Of a DNA stretch of 32,000 nucleotides, positions 1 to 9,201 are shown one piece after another. Under the pieces are notes generated by a model that was not told the DNA's origin, made no database searches, and was given only the letters and a program-made list of their open reading frames with translations. Numbering within the stretch: position 1 is the first letter of the stretch; every line of letters begins with the position of its first letter. The DNA comes from Candidatus Electronema aureum (GTDB taxonomy: Bacteria; Desulfobacterota; Desulfobulbia; Desulfobulbales; Desulfobulbaceae). The translations under genes were made by a program, and so were the position numbers. The DNA lies in assembly GCA_004284765.1 (NCBI GenBank), contig NQJD01000005.1:60001-92000 (forward strand), in the 5' to 3' direction.

Positions 1-162
1 GCTGTAGTCAGCAAAAGGCAGAACAACAGCGGTCATGCCCTTTCCCTGAGCATTCGGATACTCTCCGTTCGGAACCATCATGGTTTCCACAGAGGTCTGA
101 CCGCAGCCGGCCAGCATTCCTGTCAGCAGTATCCCTGCGGATACAAATTTCAGCAGGTTCAT
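1..162 (-). CDS. Lipoprotein, N-terminal fragment (gene runs off the left edge)
   Basis: Manual minus-strand translation from the ATG at 160-162 gives MNLLKFVSAGILLTGMLAGCGQTSVETMMVPNGEYPNAQGKGMTAVVLPFADYS. This is a hydrophobic signal peptide ending in the lipobox LAGC. The gene starts 38 nt downstream of the secretin stop on the same strand. It is absent from the ORF track because it is open-ended. Confidence 0.6.
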   Translation of the reverse strand, partial: MNLLKFVSAGILLTGMLAGCGQTSVETMMVPNGEYPNAQGKGMTAVVLPFADYS

Positions 163-200
163 GGTTGCTCCCAGATAGATTGATATAAATCGCAATCAGC

Positions 201-2273
201 TCAGTTAATGATGCGCGGACGCAGCAGGATAATCAATTCACGCTTCTTTTTCTGCGTTTCCTCATAGCCGAACAGATATTTCAGATAGGGAATATTTTTG
301 GCTCCGGGAAGAAATTCTCCGCTTTTTGTATCCACTTCACTGATCAGTCCGCCAACCACGAGCATCGAGCCGTCCTTGATTTTAACCGTGGTACTCATTT
401 CTCGCTTGTTCACCACCGGCAGGCCAATTTTATTACCTTGACCAACTTCAACGTATTCAATGGGTTCTGAAAGCTCGGAAGTGATCGGCACCAAGTTCAT
501 AACGATTTCGTTATCTTGCTTCACCACCGCTGACAAGGCCAACCCGATGCCGGAGAGGATGTCAGCCGTCGTCACGGTAGAGGCTAATCCGCCGCCTTCG
601 GTTTGCGTTGTCGCTATCGATTTAATGTAGGTCACATTTCTTCCGACAGAAATCAGTGCAGGCTGACCATTCATCACACTGATCTTTGGATTAGAAAGAA
701 TCGAAGTCTGGCCCTGATTCTGCAACGCCTTGATGAAAGAAGTAAAGTTAAAACCAGCTAATGTAACCCCTGTGGACACAGCTTCTGCCATCCCGCCGCT
801 GCTGGTAATAAAGGTGGCAGCAGTGGTTCCCATAGACAAGGCATCGGTCAGACTGCGCACTGTTGACCTGCCGCTCGAATTCATGCTGGACTCTCCGCTT
901 AACGTTGCGTCTGAAAATCCAGAATTGAGCGCACCTGACAATGTATTATTAGAACTATTGACACCTGTGGTAACGCCTGTGGTTGTATTTGTACCAGTAT
1001 TTGTATTTGTCGTGCCAGTGCTGTTAGTCACAGTGCCGGTATTTGTGTTTGTACCGGTATTGTTGACGGCACTGTCAGATAGTTGGCTATTCGTTCCATC
1101 GCTACTGCTGCTATTGGAACTGTCTTGATTGGAAAGGCGAGAATTTGCTTGGCTTGTTGTATCAGTTGTGGTATCTGAAAAATCAGCTGAAGAGGTCGTT
1201 CCACTGTCTTCGCCACTATCCCTGTTGTAAGTTTTCATTTTACCGTAGCGAATGCCGTCCAAGCTCAAACCCTGTAACAGCATGTTCCAGTTGACACCCA
1301 GCGAGGAGCTATCATTCAACTGTACCTCAATAATTTTTGCTTCAATCAGAATTTGCTTATACAGCTCCTTTTCCAAGGTAGCAAGATAATCGGAAATTCT
1401 CTTCTGTAGCGATTTGGGTGCGTGTACCGTGATCAAGCCGACAGGCTTATCGATGGTGTAGGTTGAATCGGTGGATGAAACCCGGCGAGAAAGCGGGGCA
1501 GGAGCGACCGCTTCCTCTTCATCACTCTTCTTTTTATCAGCAGTTGCAGCTCCCTTTTTTTCTTCTTTCTGCTCCGGTACAGCAGTTGTCTGCGCTTCCG
1601 GCGTGGCAACAGATGCACTCCATGTGCTTATGAGGCTATCGATATTTTTCTGGATATTTTCCCAGATATCAAATTTATTGTCGCTGCTGGAAACTGATGA
1701 CCCTGAATCAGTTCCGGTGAACGATTTATAATCCTGCTTAATGAAAGGCATAGCAACATGATAACGTTTTGTCTCCCGGTATTTAATAACCAGTGTCGAT
1801 CCTTCCACTTCGTGGAAATAATCTAACTGACGCAGGATATTATCAATCGCCTCATAAAAATTATCATTAGCCGTGGCATCAATATCAACAAGCAGCTCTT
1901 GATCTACATCGGGAGACCAACTCAGACTCATGTTTTTGGTTTTAACTATCGCCTTCATTGCCTCCCGCAGCGGAATCGGTTGCGTAGTGGTGATGTTGGC
2001 TCCAACTTTCAGCTGGAGGCCATCTAACGCTGCGGCATTGCTCCCACTTAATGAAGTACCTGTGTCTTTTTCCTCATTGATCATATAGCCTGTTTGCCGA
2101 AAACGATTTGGCAACAGAGCTGGTTCAACCACCGTGCGATGCTGAGGCGTTTCCGAAGCTGCCGCTGGCGGCGGTGTTTCAGTTTTTTTGTCTTTTTCCA
2201 CGCAGGAGCAGAGCAGGAGCAGCGGGAGAGCCGCCGCAAGACAGCTAGGCAGCAGGCGTGTATGAAGTTTCAT
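201..2273 (-). CDS. pilQ: Type IV pilus secretin (PilQ/MshL-like, probable lipoprotein) with a large Ser/Thr/Asn-rich insertion
   Basis: 690-aa ORF. The N-terminal signal has LLLLCSC (possible lipobox). The secretin core starts at ILIEAKIIEVQLNDSSSLGVNW. The C-terminal secretin signature is ILSNPKISVMNGQPALISVG...VVGGLISE...IPYLKYLFG...RELIILLRPRII. It is the last gene of the pilMNOP-linked cluster. Confidence 0.85.
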   Translation of the reverse strand: MKLHTRLLPSCLAAALPLLLLCSCVEKDKKTETPPPAAASETPQHRTVVEPALLPNRFRQTGYMINEEKDTGTSLSGSNAAALDGLQLKVGANITTTQPIPLREAMKAIVKTKNMSLSWSPDVDQELLVDIDATANDNFYEAIDNILRQLDYFHEVEGSTLVIKYRETKRYHVAMPFIKQDYKSFTGTDSGSSVSSSDNKFDIWENIQKNIDSLISTWSASVATPEAQTTAVPEQKEEKKGAATADKKKSDEEEAVAPAPLSRRVSSTDSTYTIDKPVGLITVHAPKSLQKRISDYLATLEKELYKQILIEAKIIEVQLNDSSSLGVNWNMLLQGLSLDGIRYGKMKTYNRDSGEDSGTTSSADFSDTTTDTTSQANSRLSNQDSSNSSSSDGTNSQLSDSAVNNTGTNTNTGTVTNSTGTTNTNTGTNTTTGVTTGVNSSNNTLSGALNSGFSDATLSGESSMNSSGRSTVRSLTDALSMGTTAATFITSSGGMAEAVSTGVTLAGFNFTSFIKALQNQGQTSILSNPKISVMNGQPALISVGRNVTYIKSIATTQTEGGGLASTVTTADILSGIGLALSAVVKQDNEIVMNLVPITSELSEPIEYVEVGQGNKIGLPVVNKREMSTTVKIKDGSMLVVGGLISEVDTKSGEFLPGAKNIPYLKYLFGYEETQKKKRELIILLRPRIIN

Positions 2274-2293
2274 TGCAATTTTCCCTGATTTTT

Positions 2294-3991
2294 TTAGTTG
2301 GAACGGGTCCTGTTGATGATGAAAGCCCTCAAGTCTTGCGGGACACTGAAACCGGCATGAAGAATTGCCGTGTATGTCTTGTCCGCTTCCTCTTGTCGGC
2401 CCTGCTGATCCTGGATGCGAGCACGAGAAACCATAGAATCCAAATCTTCTCCGTACAACTCGCTGTATTTGTTCAGCAGCCGCAAGGCTGCATCATACTG
2501 TTTTTGCCGCTCACTGAATACTGCGTAACTAAACAGAGCTTCCCGACTTGGCTTGCTCATGCTGATACTTTGATCAAAATACTGTTGCGCTTGGCTGTTC
2601 TCTTCCATGTTGGCATGACCAATCGCCGCATTCAGAGCTGCACTGCCGTTTTTCTTGTCAATGGCAAGTGCTTTGTTGGCGTAATAAACTGCCTTGGCAT
2701 TTTGATTGAGTTTAACAAGATAGATAGAAGCTATCCTGTTGGCTAACTTGCCTTTTTCCTTTTTTTCTACTTTCTCCGGCCAAACATCAAACGCTTTTTC
2801 ATAAAGCTGAACAGCCGTTTCTACGCTGCCCTCTTTTTCTGCCTTGATTGCCAAAGCTGCAATTTTTTTTGCTTCCATAGCTTCTGGCGGCACTGCCTGT
2901 CCATCACCCTGCGTGATGACAATAGGAATACCTTTGCTGTTCGTTTTTCCAGCGTCCACTGTGTCGATATTCAGCGAAGATTCCGCTGCTGACCTCTGTG
3001 GCCAGACAAATTCCTTGCTCTTAGGATAAATGACAATGGTGTTGTGCCGTTGCTCTTTGGCTAAATCTTTTAAATTTAGAATGATGTCTAAGACAAAATC
3101 CCAAGGAACTTCGTGCAAAGCAAGGGTTAAAGTGCCAGCAACGCCTTCAGATACAATAATATTGTAACCGCTGATTTCTCCCAAGAGACGGAATACATTA
3201 TGCAGATCAACCTTATAAAAATCGACTGTGATTAAACTACTGTCCGCCCCAGCTAAAGGAGAGGTCGCCGCAGCAGGCCCTGCTGCGGTCGAGCTGCCGC
3301 CGAAATTTCCAGCGTTTTTCATGGTCGGATTCACCGGTGGCAGATGCGCTTCAAGAGATTCGCCACTGGGTGTGCTATTTTTCACCTTATTTGTATCAAC
3401 AGGAGCTGAACTGGTCGCTGGAAGTGACAAAGGCCCAGTGCCTCCTGCTGGAGACTGCTCTTTGAAAAAATTCACAATAACTAAAATGACACTATTTTCC
3501 TTTAAGCTGGATGTATATGAAGAATACGGCTCTGGAAAATCAAATTTTAATCGCAACCGATCAATTCCATCCTCTATTTTTGCTGAACTGTTAAGTACAA
3601 CATTAAAAACTTTTAACGAACTCAAATCTGCTGACTTCTGCATCTCCGTATTAGCGATATCAACACTAATACCTTTCCTGTCGCTGCCGGGTAGCTCATA
3701 TACATTTGGCGGAGGTTCTATTATTTTTTCGCAGCGGATAGTAATTTCCAGATTTTTTTCAACCTGCTGCGCACTTATTCCGAGAATGCTGTTTCCTTTC
3801 GCAGCAGGAGCAACTGTTGCACCCGTCTCCTGCTGTTGCGGCTGAACAACAGCGGCTCCAGTGTCCTGAGCGACCGCGTCAGAAGGAATTTTTGTCAACA
3901 AAAGACCCGCAACCGCAGCGGCGGTAAAAAAAAGATGATTGCAACTGTATCTGTTGTTTTTCTGACGAGCTGACAAAACGAAATGCGACAT
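2294..3991 (-). CDS. AMIN domain + secretin-N0(STN)-like domain + C-terminal TPR repeat protein (pilus secretin accessory)
   Basis: 565-aa ORF with a signal peptide (FFTAAAVAGLLLTKIPSDAVAQD). It has an AMIN-like segment (NLEITIRCEKII...LRLKFDFPEPY...VILVIVN). It also has a PilQ-N0-type signature (ITVDFYKVDLHNVFRLLGEISGYNIIVSEGVAGTLTLALHEVPWDFVLDIILNLKDL). About 180 aa of TPR-like helical repeats follow at the C-terminus. Domain calls are by eye. Confidence 0.7.
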   Translation of the reverse strand: MSHFVLSARQKNNRYSCNHLFFTAAAVAGLLLTKIPSDAVAQDTGAAVVQPQQQETGATVAPAAKGNSILGISAQQVEKNLEITIRCEKIIEPPPNVYELPGSDRKGISVDIANTEMQKSADLSSLKVFNVVLNSSAKIEDGIDRLRLKFDFPEPYSSYTSSLKENSVILVIVNFFKEQSPAGGTGPLSLPATSSAPVDTNKVKNSTPSGESLEAHLPPVNPTMKNAGNFGGSSTAAGPAAATSPLAGADSSLITVDFYKVDLHNVFRLLGEISGYNIIVSEGVAGTLTLALHEVPWDFVLDIILNLKDLAKEQRHNTIVIYPKSKEFVWPQRSAAESSLNIDTVDAGKTNSKGIPIVITQGDGQAVPPEAMEAKKIAALAIKAEKEGSVETAVQLYEKAFDVWPEKVEKKEKGKLANRIASIYLVKLNQNAKAVYYANKALAIDKKNGSAALNAAIGHANMEENSQAQQYFDQSISMSKPSREALFSYAVFSERQKQYDAALRLLNKYSELYGEDLDSMVSRARIQDQQGRQEEADKTYTAILHAGFSVPQDLRAFIINRTRSN

Positions 3992-4200
3992 TTTTATTGA
4001 TCTCCCTCTTTTTTCAAGCGAATGACCGTTCTCTTCGCAATAATTCTGTCACACAGAATGTGATATTTTTTCATGATACATCCGTCTTTATTTTCATGAC
4101 AGTGTCCTCTCTGCCCCGATTCTTGATCAGTATCCTATCTCAAAAGAACTGTTACGAACAATAATAAATGCAAAATATACGCACCGTATTGACTCATTCC

Positions 4201-4752
4201 TTACTTATCTTCTTCTTTTTTTAAGGTCATTATAATTTCATTATTTATCTCTCTGCCGGATTGCGTTTTACGAATTTCTTGGATAATGACTTGACCATCT
4301 TTAATCATCACTATTTTTCCGTGTTTACCTATGAGTATGTTTTCACGCAGGATATACCCCTTGCCAGCCGTATCTTCTGCCATAGCGATTTTGCTGCCCT
4401 GAACCCCCATCACCGCTACCAGTCTCAACTGACCTGGCTCAAATAAACGCATTCCAGTGAGCCGCTCGTTGTTTTCGTCAATAATCGGGTCTACAGTATC
4501 TTTTTTTTCTTTAGCTTCCTTAGCTATGAACGAATAAAAAGGATCAGGCCGGTTATCTAACTGATATTCAAATTTAGCCCTTTTTCGTCCCTCTCCTGCA
4601 TCTAATGTTTGTTCCGCTGTCGTTGCAGCAGTCTCTGCCTCTACCACAGCGGGAGGAGGCGGTTCTTGAGCTATGGACACCATCACCCGGCATAGTTCGC
4701 CTGTCAGCAGCGTCACTATCAGGAAAGCGTATTTTTTTGAGCTAAACCGCAT
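4201..4752 (-). CDS. pilP: Type IV pilus assembly protein PilP-like
   Basis: 183-aa ORF directly after pilO. It has an N-terminal hydrophobic anchor and a Pro/Ala linker. The C-terminal beta-domain pattern is LRLVAVMGVQGSKIAMAEDTAGKGYILRENILIGKHGKIVMIKDGQVIIQE, typical of PilP. Confidence 0.7.
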   Translation of the reverse strand: MRFSSKKYAFLIVTLLTGELCRVMVSIAQEPPPPAVVEAETAATTAEQTLDAGEGRKRAKFEYQLDNRPDPFYSFIAKEAKEKKDTVDPIIDENNERLTGMRLFEPGQLRLVAVMGVQGSKIAMAEDTAGKGYILRENILIGKHGKIVMIKDGQVIIQEIRKTQSGREINNEIIMTLKKEEDK

Positions 4753-4801
4753 TGCATCTCGCCCGCTTTTTTTGTGTTTTTGAAAAGCTACGCCCCGCCT
4801 G

Positions 4802-5431
4802 CTACTTCGCTGCCGCTGGTGGAGGAGCCGCCGCCTGTCCCGTATAACGATAGGTCAATAAGTTACAGGAGGAGTTGAGCATTATGTCTCCATCTACTTC
4901 CTGAGGGCCGCCCATGTTGATGTTGTTCACTGTCACCAAGCGTTCCAGCCCGCTTACTTCACCAAGAAAATAACCTACATTATGATACGGCCCTCTGATT
5001 GATATACTGATTGGGATTTCAGCGTAAAAATCTTTTGGTGTTTCAGTTCCCGGTACAAAAGAGATAAAATCTAAACCTGCCCTTTTTCCAAGATCGGAAA
5101 TGCTCCGCAACAGAGCAGGGATTTCTGGACCTTTTGGAAGAATCCCCGATATTTCTTCAAATTTTTGCGTCGCTCTTTTAAGCTCTTCTCTATGGTGGTC
5201 GATGTTCGCTGCTGCGGTTTCTGCTTCTTTTACTTCAGCATCCAGTTTGCTTTTTGTCTCTTCCAGTGTAGCTATTTCCTGCTGCGTTGGATTATAAAAG
5301 AGAAAAATAAAAGCAGCTATCGGCGCAATGATTAATCCTGCTGCCAAAGCTATTTTGACATTTTTTTTCCACGGAATATATTTTTCGTTAACAAATTTAT
5401 CAAGCTGTACCGCAAATTTTTCCGAAGCCAT
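4802..5431 (-). CDS. pilO: Type IV pilus assembly protein PilO
   Basis: 209-aa ORF with a single TM helix, a coiled coil, then LPKGPEIPALLRSISDLGKRAGLDFISFVPG...YAEIPISISIRGPYHNVGYFLGEVSGLERLV (PilO signature). Its position between pilN and pilP fits. Confidence 0.85.
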   Translation of the reverse strand: MASEKFAVQLDKFVNEKYIPWKKNVKIALAAGLIIAPIAAFIFLFYNPTQQEIATLEETKSKLDAEVKEAETAAANIDHHREELKRATQKFEEISGILPKGPEIPALLRSISDLGKRAGLDFISFVPGTETPKDFYAEIPISISIRGPYHNVGYFLGEVSGLERLVTVNNINMGGPQEVDGDIMLNSSCNLLTYRYTGQAAAPPPAAAK

Positions 5432-5448
5432 GTTGTCCTGAGCCTTGT

Positions 5449-6060
5449 TCAGTTTTTCTGTGCTGTAGCCGCTCCCGGCCCTTCTGGAGTTGCTTCCTTT
5501 TCTTTCTCTGCTTCAGGCATTGCAGCAGTACAAGAGAGAGTGAAACTCTTCAGACTTCTTCCTCCTTGCGCCGCAGTCAATGTAGCATTGACCAGCTTTA
5601 CTTCTGAGATGTATTGTGATCCATCCAGCTTGTCAAGATATTCCGCCACGGTCTGATTGTCCAAGGCAACACCACTCAGATTCAGAGCGGTACCGCTCTG
5701 GTTAAAGGAAGTCAACCATAGTCTCTCGTTCGGCGTAACATTGGCGACTTCATCCATAATATGAGCAGTCAGCGCGGAAGATTTCTCTACATTTTCAATC
5801 AAAGCAGTCTGTTTGTCTATGGCATCTTTCTTTTGCTTTAGTTCTTCAATCTGCTTTAATATTTCTGCGAGTGCCGTTTTTTTCTGTTCAAGATTGGCGA
5901 TATCAGTCTTTAGGCCGCTCACTTTTCCGCTCAGATGAAGGAAAGCTAAAATCAAAATAACAAGTAATGCTGCGAAAACAGCACCGAATATCTTCAGCTG
6001 CTGCCACGCAGCAGCCCGCTGCTTGATTTTTTTGACTGGCAGGAGGTTAATCCGCAGCAT
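5449..6060 (-). CDS. pilN: Type IV pilus assembly protein PilN
   Basis: 203-aa ORF beginning MLRINLLPVKK (the classic PilN INLLP motif), followed by a TM helix and coiled coil. It starts 3 nt after pilM. Confidence 0.85.
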   Translation of the reverse strand: MLRINLLPVKKIKQRAAAWQQLKIFGAVFAALLVILILAFLHLSGKVSGLKTDIANLEQKKTALAEILKQIEELKQKKDAIDKQTALIENVEKSSALTAHIMDEVANVTPNERLWLTSFNQSGTALNLSGVALDNQTVAEYLDKLDGSQYISEVKLVNATLTAAQGGRSLKSFTLSCTAAMPEAEKEKEATPEGPGAATAQKN

Positions 6061-6063
6061 GGC

Positions 6064-7113
6064 TCAAAACTCCGCCGGACGGATGGCAAGTCCGGTTGCG
6101 ATGGACATTTCAGGAGCAGCAACCTTCAGATATTCCATATCAATTTTTTTACTGATCTTCATGCCTTCAAAAGGATTAAAGGCAATGACCTCCAGTCCAG
6201 TCTCTTTAGCAAGATATTCATGCAGCCCTTGGACTTTTGAACCGCCACCACTAAGTACCAAAGAAACCAGCGGCTTGCCCGGATTGTTGTTTCCGTACAA
6301 ATCAATAGCTTTTTTGATTTCTAACACCCAGCGAGTGCAAATCCGGGTGAAAATACCGTGCAGCTCCTCCATGTCCTCTTCCTTTGCCTGCTGGCGACCG
6401 AGCTTAATCTTCTCCGCCTCCTCGTAGTCAATCTCTAACGTGTTGGCGATTTCTTGGCTAAGATTGTCGCTACCTGTCACCACATCTCGCGCCAATACCG
6501 AAGCACCACCCGCGATGATATTGATGTTCATCTTGGAAGCTCCGATGTCAACCAAGCAGACATTTTTCTCGCTACCCGCGATGGTGTTCCAGATATTTTC
6601 CAACGCAAAGCCATCAACATCTACCAGCACTGGCAGCAGTTTAAGCCCCTCGATCATTTCCAAATAATTGTCGATGACCTCTTTTTTCGCTGCCACCAAC
6701 ATGACTTCGCTGCGCTCTGTTTCGCTTTTAGCCTGCTTGATTACTTGGAAATCAAGATAAACTTCGTTGATATCAAAAGGAATATATTGTTCAGCTTCTT
6801 GGTGGAGCCGTTCATCCAGCTCTTCTTCGTTCTCTATTTCAATGTTGATTTTTTTTACAATCACCGAGTAGCCAGAAATAGAAAGGCCCACTCGTTTGTT
6901 TTTAATTTTGAGATTTTTGAACAATTCGGAAATAGCGGCTGCAACATCCCCGGCATCTTGGAGTACACCGTCATCGACAGAGCCGGGAGAGAGCGCAGCA
7001 GCACCGAGAGCCAAGAGCTGGTAGCCGTTCTTGCCCACTCTTTCTACTTGGCACACTTTCACCGCATGAGAGCCGATGTCAATGCCAACTACGGGGATTT
7101 CCTTTTTTGCCAT
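6064..7113 (-). CDS. pilM: Type IV pilus assembly ATPase-fold protein PilM
   Basis: 349-aa ORF with actin-like ATPase motifs (VVGIDIGSHAVKV, VCLVDIGASKMNINI, LVLSGGGSKVQGL). It is the first gene of the pilMNOP series. Confidence 0.9.
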   Translation of the reverse strand: MAKKEIPVVGIDIGSHAVKVCQVERVGKNGYQLLALGAAALSPGSVDDGVLQDAGDVAAAISELFKNLKIKNKRVGLSISGYSVIVKKINIEIENEEELDERLHQEAEQYIPFDINEVYLDFQVIKQAKSETERSEVMLVAAKKEVIDNYLEMIEGLKLLPVLVDVDGFALENIWNTIAGSEKNVCLVDIGASKMNINIIAGGASVLARDVVTGSDNLSQEIANTLEIDYEEAEKIKLGRQQAKEEDMEELHGIFTRICTRWVLEIKKAIDLYGNNNPGKPLVSLVLSGGGSKVQGLHEYLAKETGLEVIAFNPFEGMKISKKIDMEYLKVAAPEMSIATGLAIRPAEF

Positions 7114-7243
7114 GTTCGGTCGTTAAATCTTTTTTTCTCAGGCTACTCTCGCCAAAAACTGCATATAAGTATATAGCGCAGAATATGAAAAAAAAGCAAG
7201 GGCGGTTTCATTTTTTTTATTTTCGAGCGGCTTCATTTCGCAG

Positions 7244-7969
7244 TCAATTGATGATAAGCTGCCGTACCCGAATGCTCGTCTTGGGCGGCGAATAGGTGGA
7301 ATAATAAACGCCATAATCGCTGCCTTGATAATTCTGATACTGACGCATCACTTTGCCTACATAGTCAACTGTCTCCGGGATGCGCGGGATTCCACCACTT
7401 TTCATCACTCTGGTCGGACCAGCATTGTAGGCTGCTAAACTAAGATGTACATCTCCGTTAAAATTATCAAGCATCTCACGTAAATATCGAGTTCCGCCGT
7501 AGATGTTTTGCCAAGGATCAAACGGATCGCTGATATTGAGATATCTGGACGTACCCGGCATGAGTTGCATCAGCCCTTGAGCACCTTTGGAAGACACGGC
7601 GTAACGGTTGAATCCTGATTCTGTTTTAATGACCGCCTTGATCAGCATAGGGTCAACATGATGTACGCGAGCTGCCTGCTGAATATGATAATCAAAGCTA
7701 CTCCGCTGAGTTAATGCTGGCCTGCCAAAACGCAGATAGCGGCGGTCAATGCTGCGTACACTGGGTGCTGCGGAAGTAATCGTCAGTCGAGGTTGATTTG
7801 ACGAAAAAGGGCTGTAGTTCATGGGCTTGCAGCGTTTGTCGCCGGACACGTTAGTGTAGTGAACTACCCCGCGCTCGTCGGTATATTTGCAGATTTCTCC
7901 CTGTGCCTGCCCTACGTGAGACAACAAACTCGACACAGCAAAAATGCAACACAGCATACAGGTTCGCAT
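7244..7969 (-). CDS. Lytic transglycosylase (SLT domain) with N-terminal DUF4124-like segment
   Basis: SLT motifs are present: IKTESGFNRYAVSSKGAQGLMQLMP ... AYNAGPTRV. The signal peptide MRTCMLCCIFAVSSLLSHVGQAQG favours the internal Met at 7969 over the ORF-track start at 8020, which would overlap tal. The start is uncertain (7969, 7984 or 8020). Confidence 0.8.
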   Translation of the reverse strand: MRTCMLCCIFAVSSLLSHVGQAQGEICKYTDERGVVHYTNVSGDKRCKPMNYSPFSSNQPRLTITSAAPSVRSIDRRYLRFGRPALTQRSSFDYHIQQAARVHHVDPMLIKAVIKTESGFNRYAVSSKGAQGLMQLMPGTSRYLNISDPFDPWQNIYGGTRYLREMLDNFNGDVHLSLAAYNAGPTRVMKSGGIPRIPETVDYVGKVMRQYQNYQGSDYGVYYSTYSPPKTSIRVRQLIIN

Positions 7970-7991
7970 GGCAGAACACCCCATTCTTCGA

Positions 7992-8636
7992 TTATTTTTG
8001 CCGTTTTTCCCAGTCGGCAAGAAACTGCTCCATACCGATGTCAGTCAGCGGATGGCGGGCAAGCTGGGCAATGACTTTGTACGGGATCGTGGCGATATCA
8101 GCCCCGATCAGCGCGGATTGAATCACGTGCATAGGGCTACGCACTGAAGCAACGATGACTTCTGTTCGCAGGCTGTAATTACGGAAAATTGTCATGATCT
8201 CGTTCACTAACGACATGCCATCCTGAGCAATGTCGTCTAAACGACCGACAAAGGGGCTAACATAGGCTGCGCCCGCTTTGGCCGCCAGCAGAGCTTGAGC
8301 AGGCGAAAAAATGAGGGTGACGTTGGTGCGAATGCCTTCAGCGGCTAACCGCCTAACTGCCTTGAGTCCGTCTGCCGTCATTGGCACTTTAATCACGATA
8401 TTTTTGTGCAATTTTGCCAATTCGCGGGCTTCAGTCACCATACCGTCAGCGTCTAAGCTAATTACCTCAGCACTGATCGGCCCGTCAACTAAGGCGCAAA
8501 TATCAGCGAGAATATCGGCGAACGGACGTTGTTCTTTCGAGATGAGAGAGGGATTGGTGGTTACGCCATCAACCATGCCTAATTCTATCCCTTTTTTGAT
8601 TTCGTCGATATTGGCCGTGTCAATAAAAAACTTCAT
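7992..8636 (-). CDS. tal: Transaldolase / fructose-6-phosphate aldolase family (short, 214 aa type)
   Basis: [32 protein letters not shown] ... [12 protein letters not shown] ... NVTLIFS are hallmark motifs of the short transaldolase/FSA family. Confidence 0.9.
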   Translation of the reverse strand: MKFFIDTANIDEIKKGIELGMVDGVTTNPSLISKEQRPFADILADICALVDGPISAEVISLDADGMVTEARELAKLHKNIVIKVPMTADGLKAVRRLAAEGIRTNVTLIFSPAQALLAAKAGAAYVSPFVGRLDDIAQDGMSLVNEIMTIFRNYSLRTEVIVASVRSPMHVIQSALIGADIATIPYKVIAQLARHPLTDIGMEQFLADWEKRQK

Positions 8637-8947
8637 TCCTTTGCTCCTTCCTTTCTGCTAATAAACGTATCACAGCAAGTATCACTGCAAAAATAATAGG
8701 TTTTACCGTCCTGTCGTAGCCGGATAGCCTGCTGTCGGGGAATCAAAATACCGCAAACAGAATCTTCTTCCAGCACATCCTGCGCCGCTGACTCTGTTTT
8801 TTGACGCTCTTGTTGCTGCCGTAGCTCGCTGCGGATTTTGTCTCGTATCAGATTGCGCAACAGCCGCCAAACGATATAAAACAGTCCAGCAAGAATGATC
8901 AGGCGCTGCGGACTCATGCTGCGCCTCCGGTTGGCCAGAGTTGACAA
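8633..8947 (-). CDS. Small membrane-anchored TRASH/YHS-like metal-binding domain protein
   Basis: 104-aa ORF with a TM helix ([15 protein letters not shown]). The C-terminal pattern is C-x21-C-x3-C ([28 protein letters not shown]). Its stop overlaps the tal start (ATGA). The start may be the internal Met (MSPQRL). Confidence 0.55.
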   Translation of the reverse strand: MSTLANRRRSMSPQRLIILAGLFYIVWRLLRNLIRDKIRSELRQQQERQKTESAAQDVLEEDSVCGILIPRQQAIRLRQDGKTYYFCSDTCCDTFISRKEGAKE

Positions 8948-9096
8948 TTCATAAAATCATTATAGTCGCGGGAATACAAAAGTCGAACCAATTTTTTATT
9001 TTCCGGTGCAGTGTAGAGTGTAAGAGGATGAAAAAACGTTATTTACGATAAGCCTCGCCAATTTGGGGTCTATCTCGCGTCTGCCTTAAAAAAGAT

Positions 9097-9126
9097 TTGA
9101 CATACCCCCGCATTTCTTGGTAGTAA
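9097..9126 (+). promoter_or_regulatory. Candidate sigma70-type promoter for the atp operon
   Basis: TTGACA (9097-9102), 18-nt spacer, TAGTAA (9121-9126), about 75 nt upstream of the atpF' start. Pattern match only. Confidence 0.3.
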
Positions 9127-9201
9127 GTGTCAATCAAATTGATCAAAGCAGCCGCTGGGTTAGGCTGTGCAATTTTTTAGGTGCACTAGGAGCTGTTAAA
9201 T

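Noticed and set aside
730-1128. 132-aa plus-strand ORF (Val/Pro/Leu-rich)
   Set aside because: It is the antisense reading of the Ser/Thr/Asn-rich low-complexity tract of the secretin gene. It is an artefact of the repeat composition.
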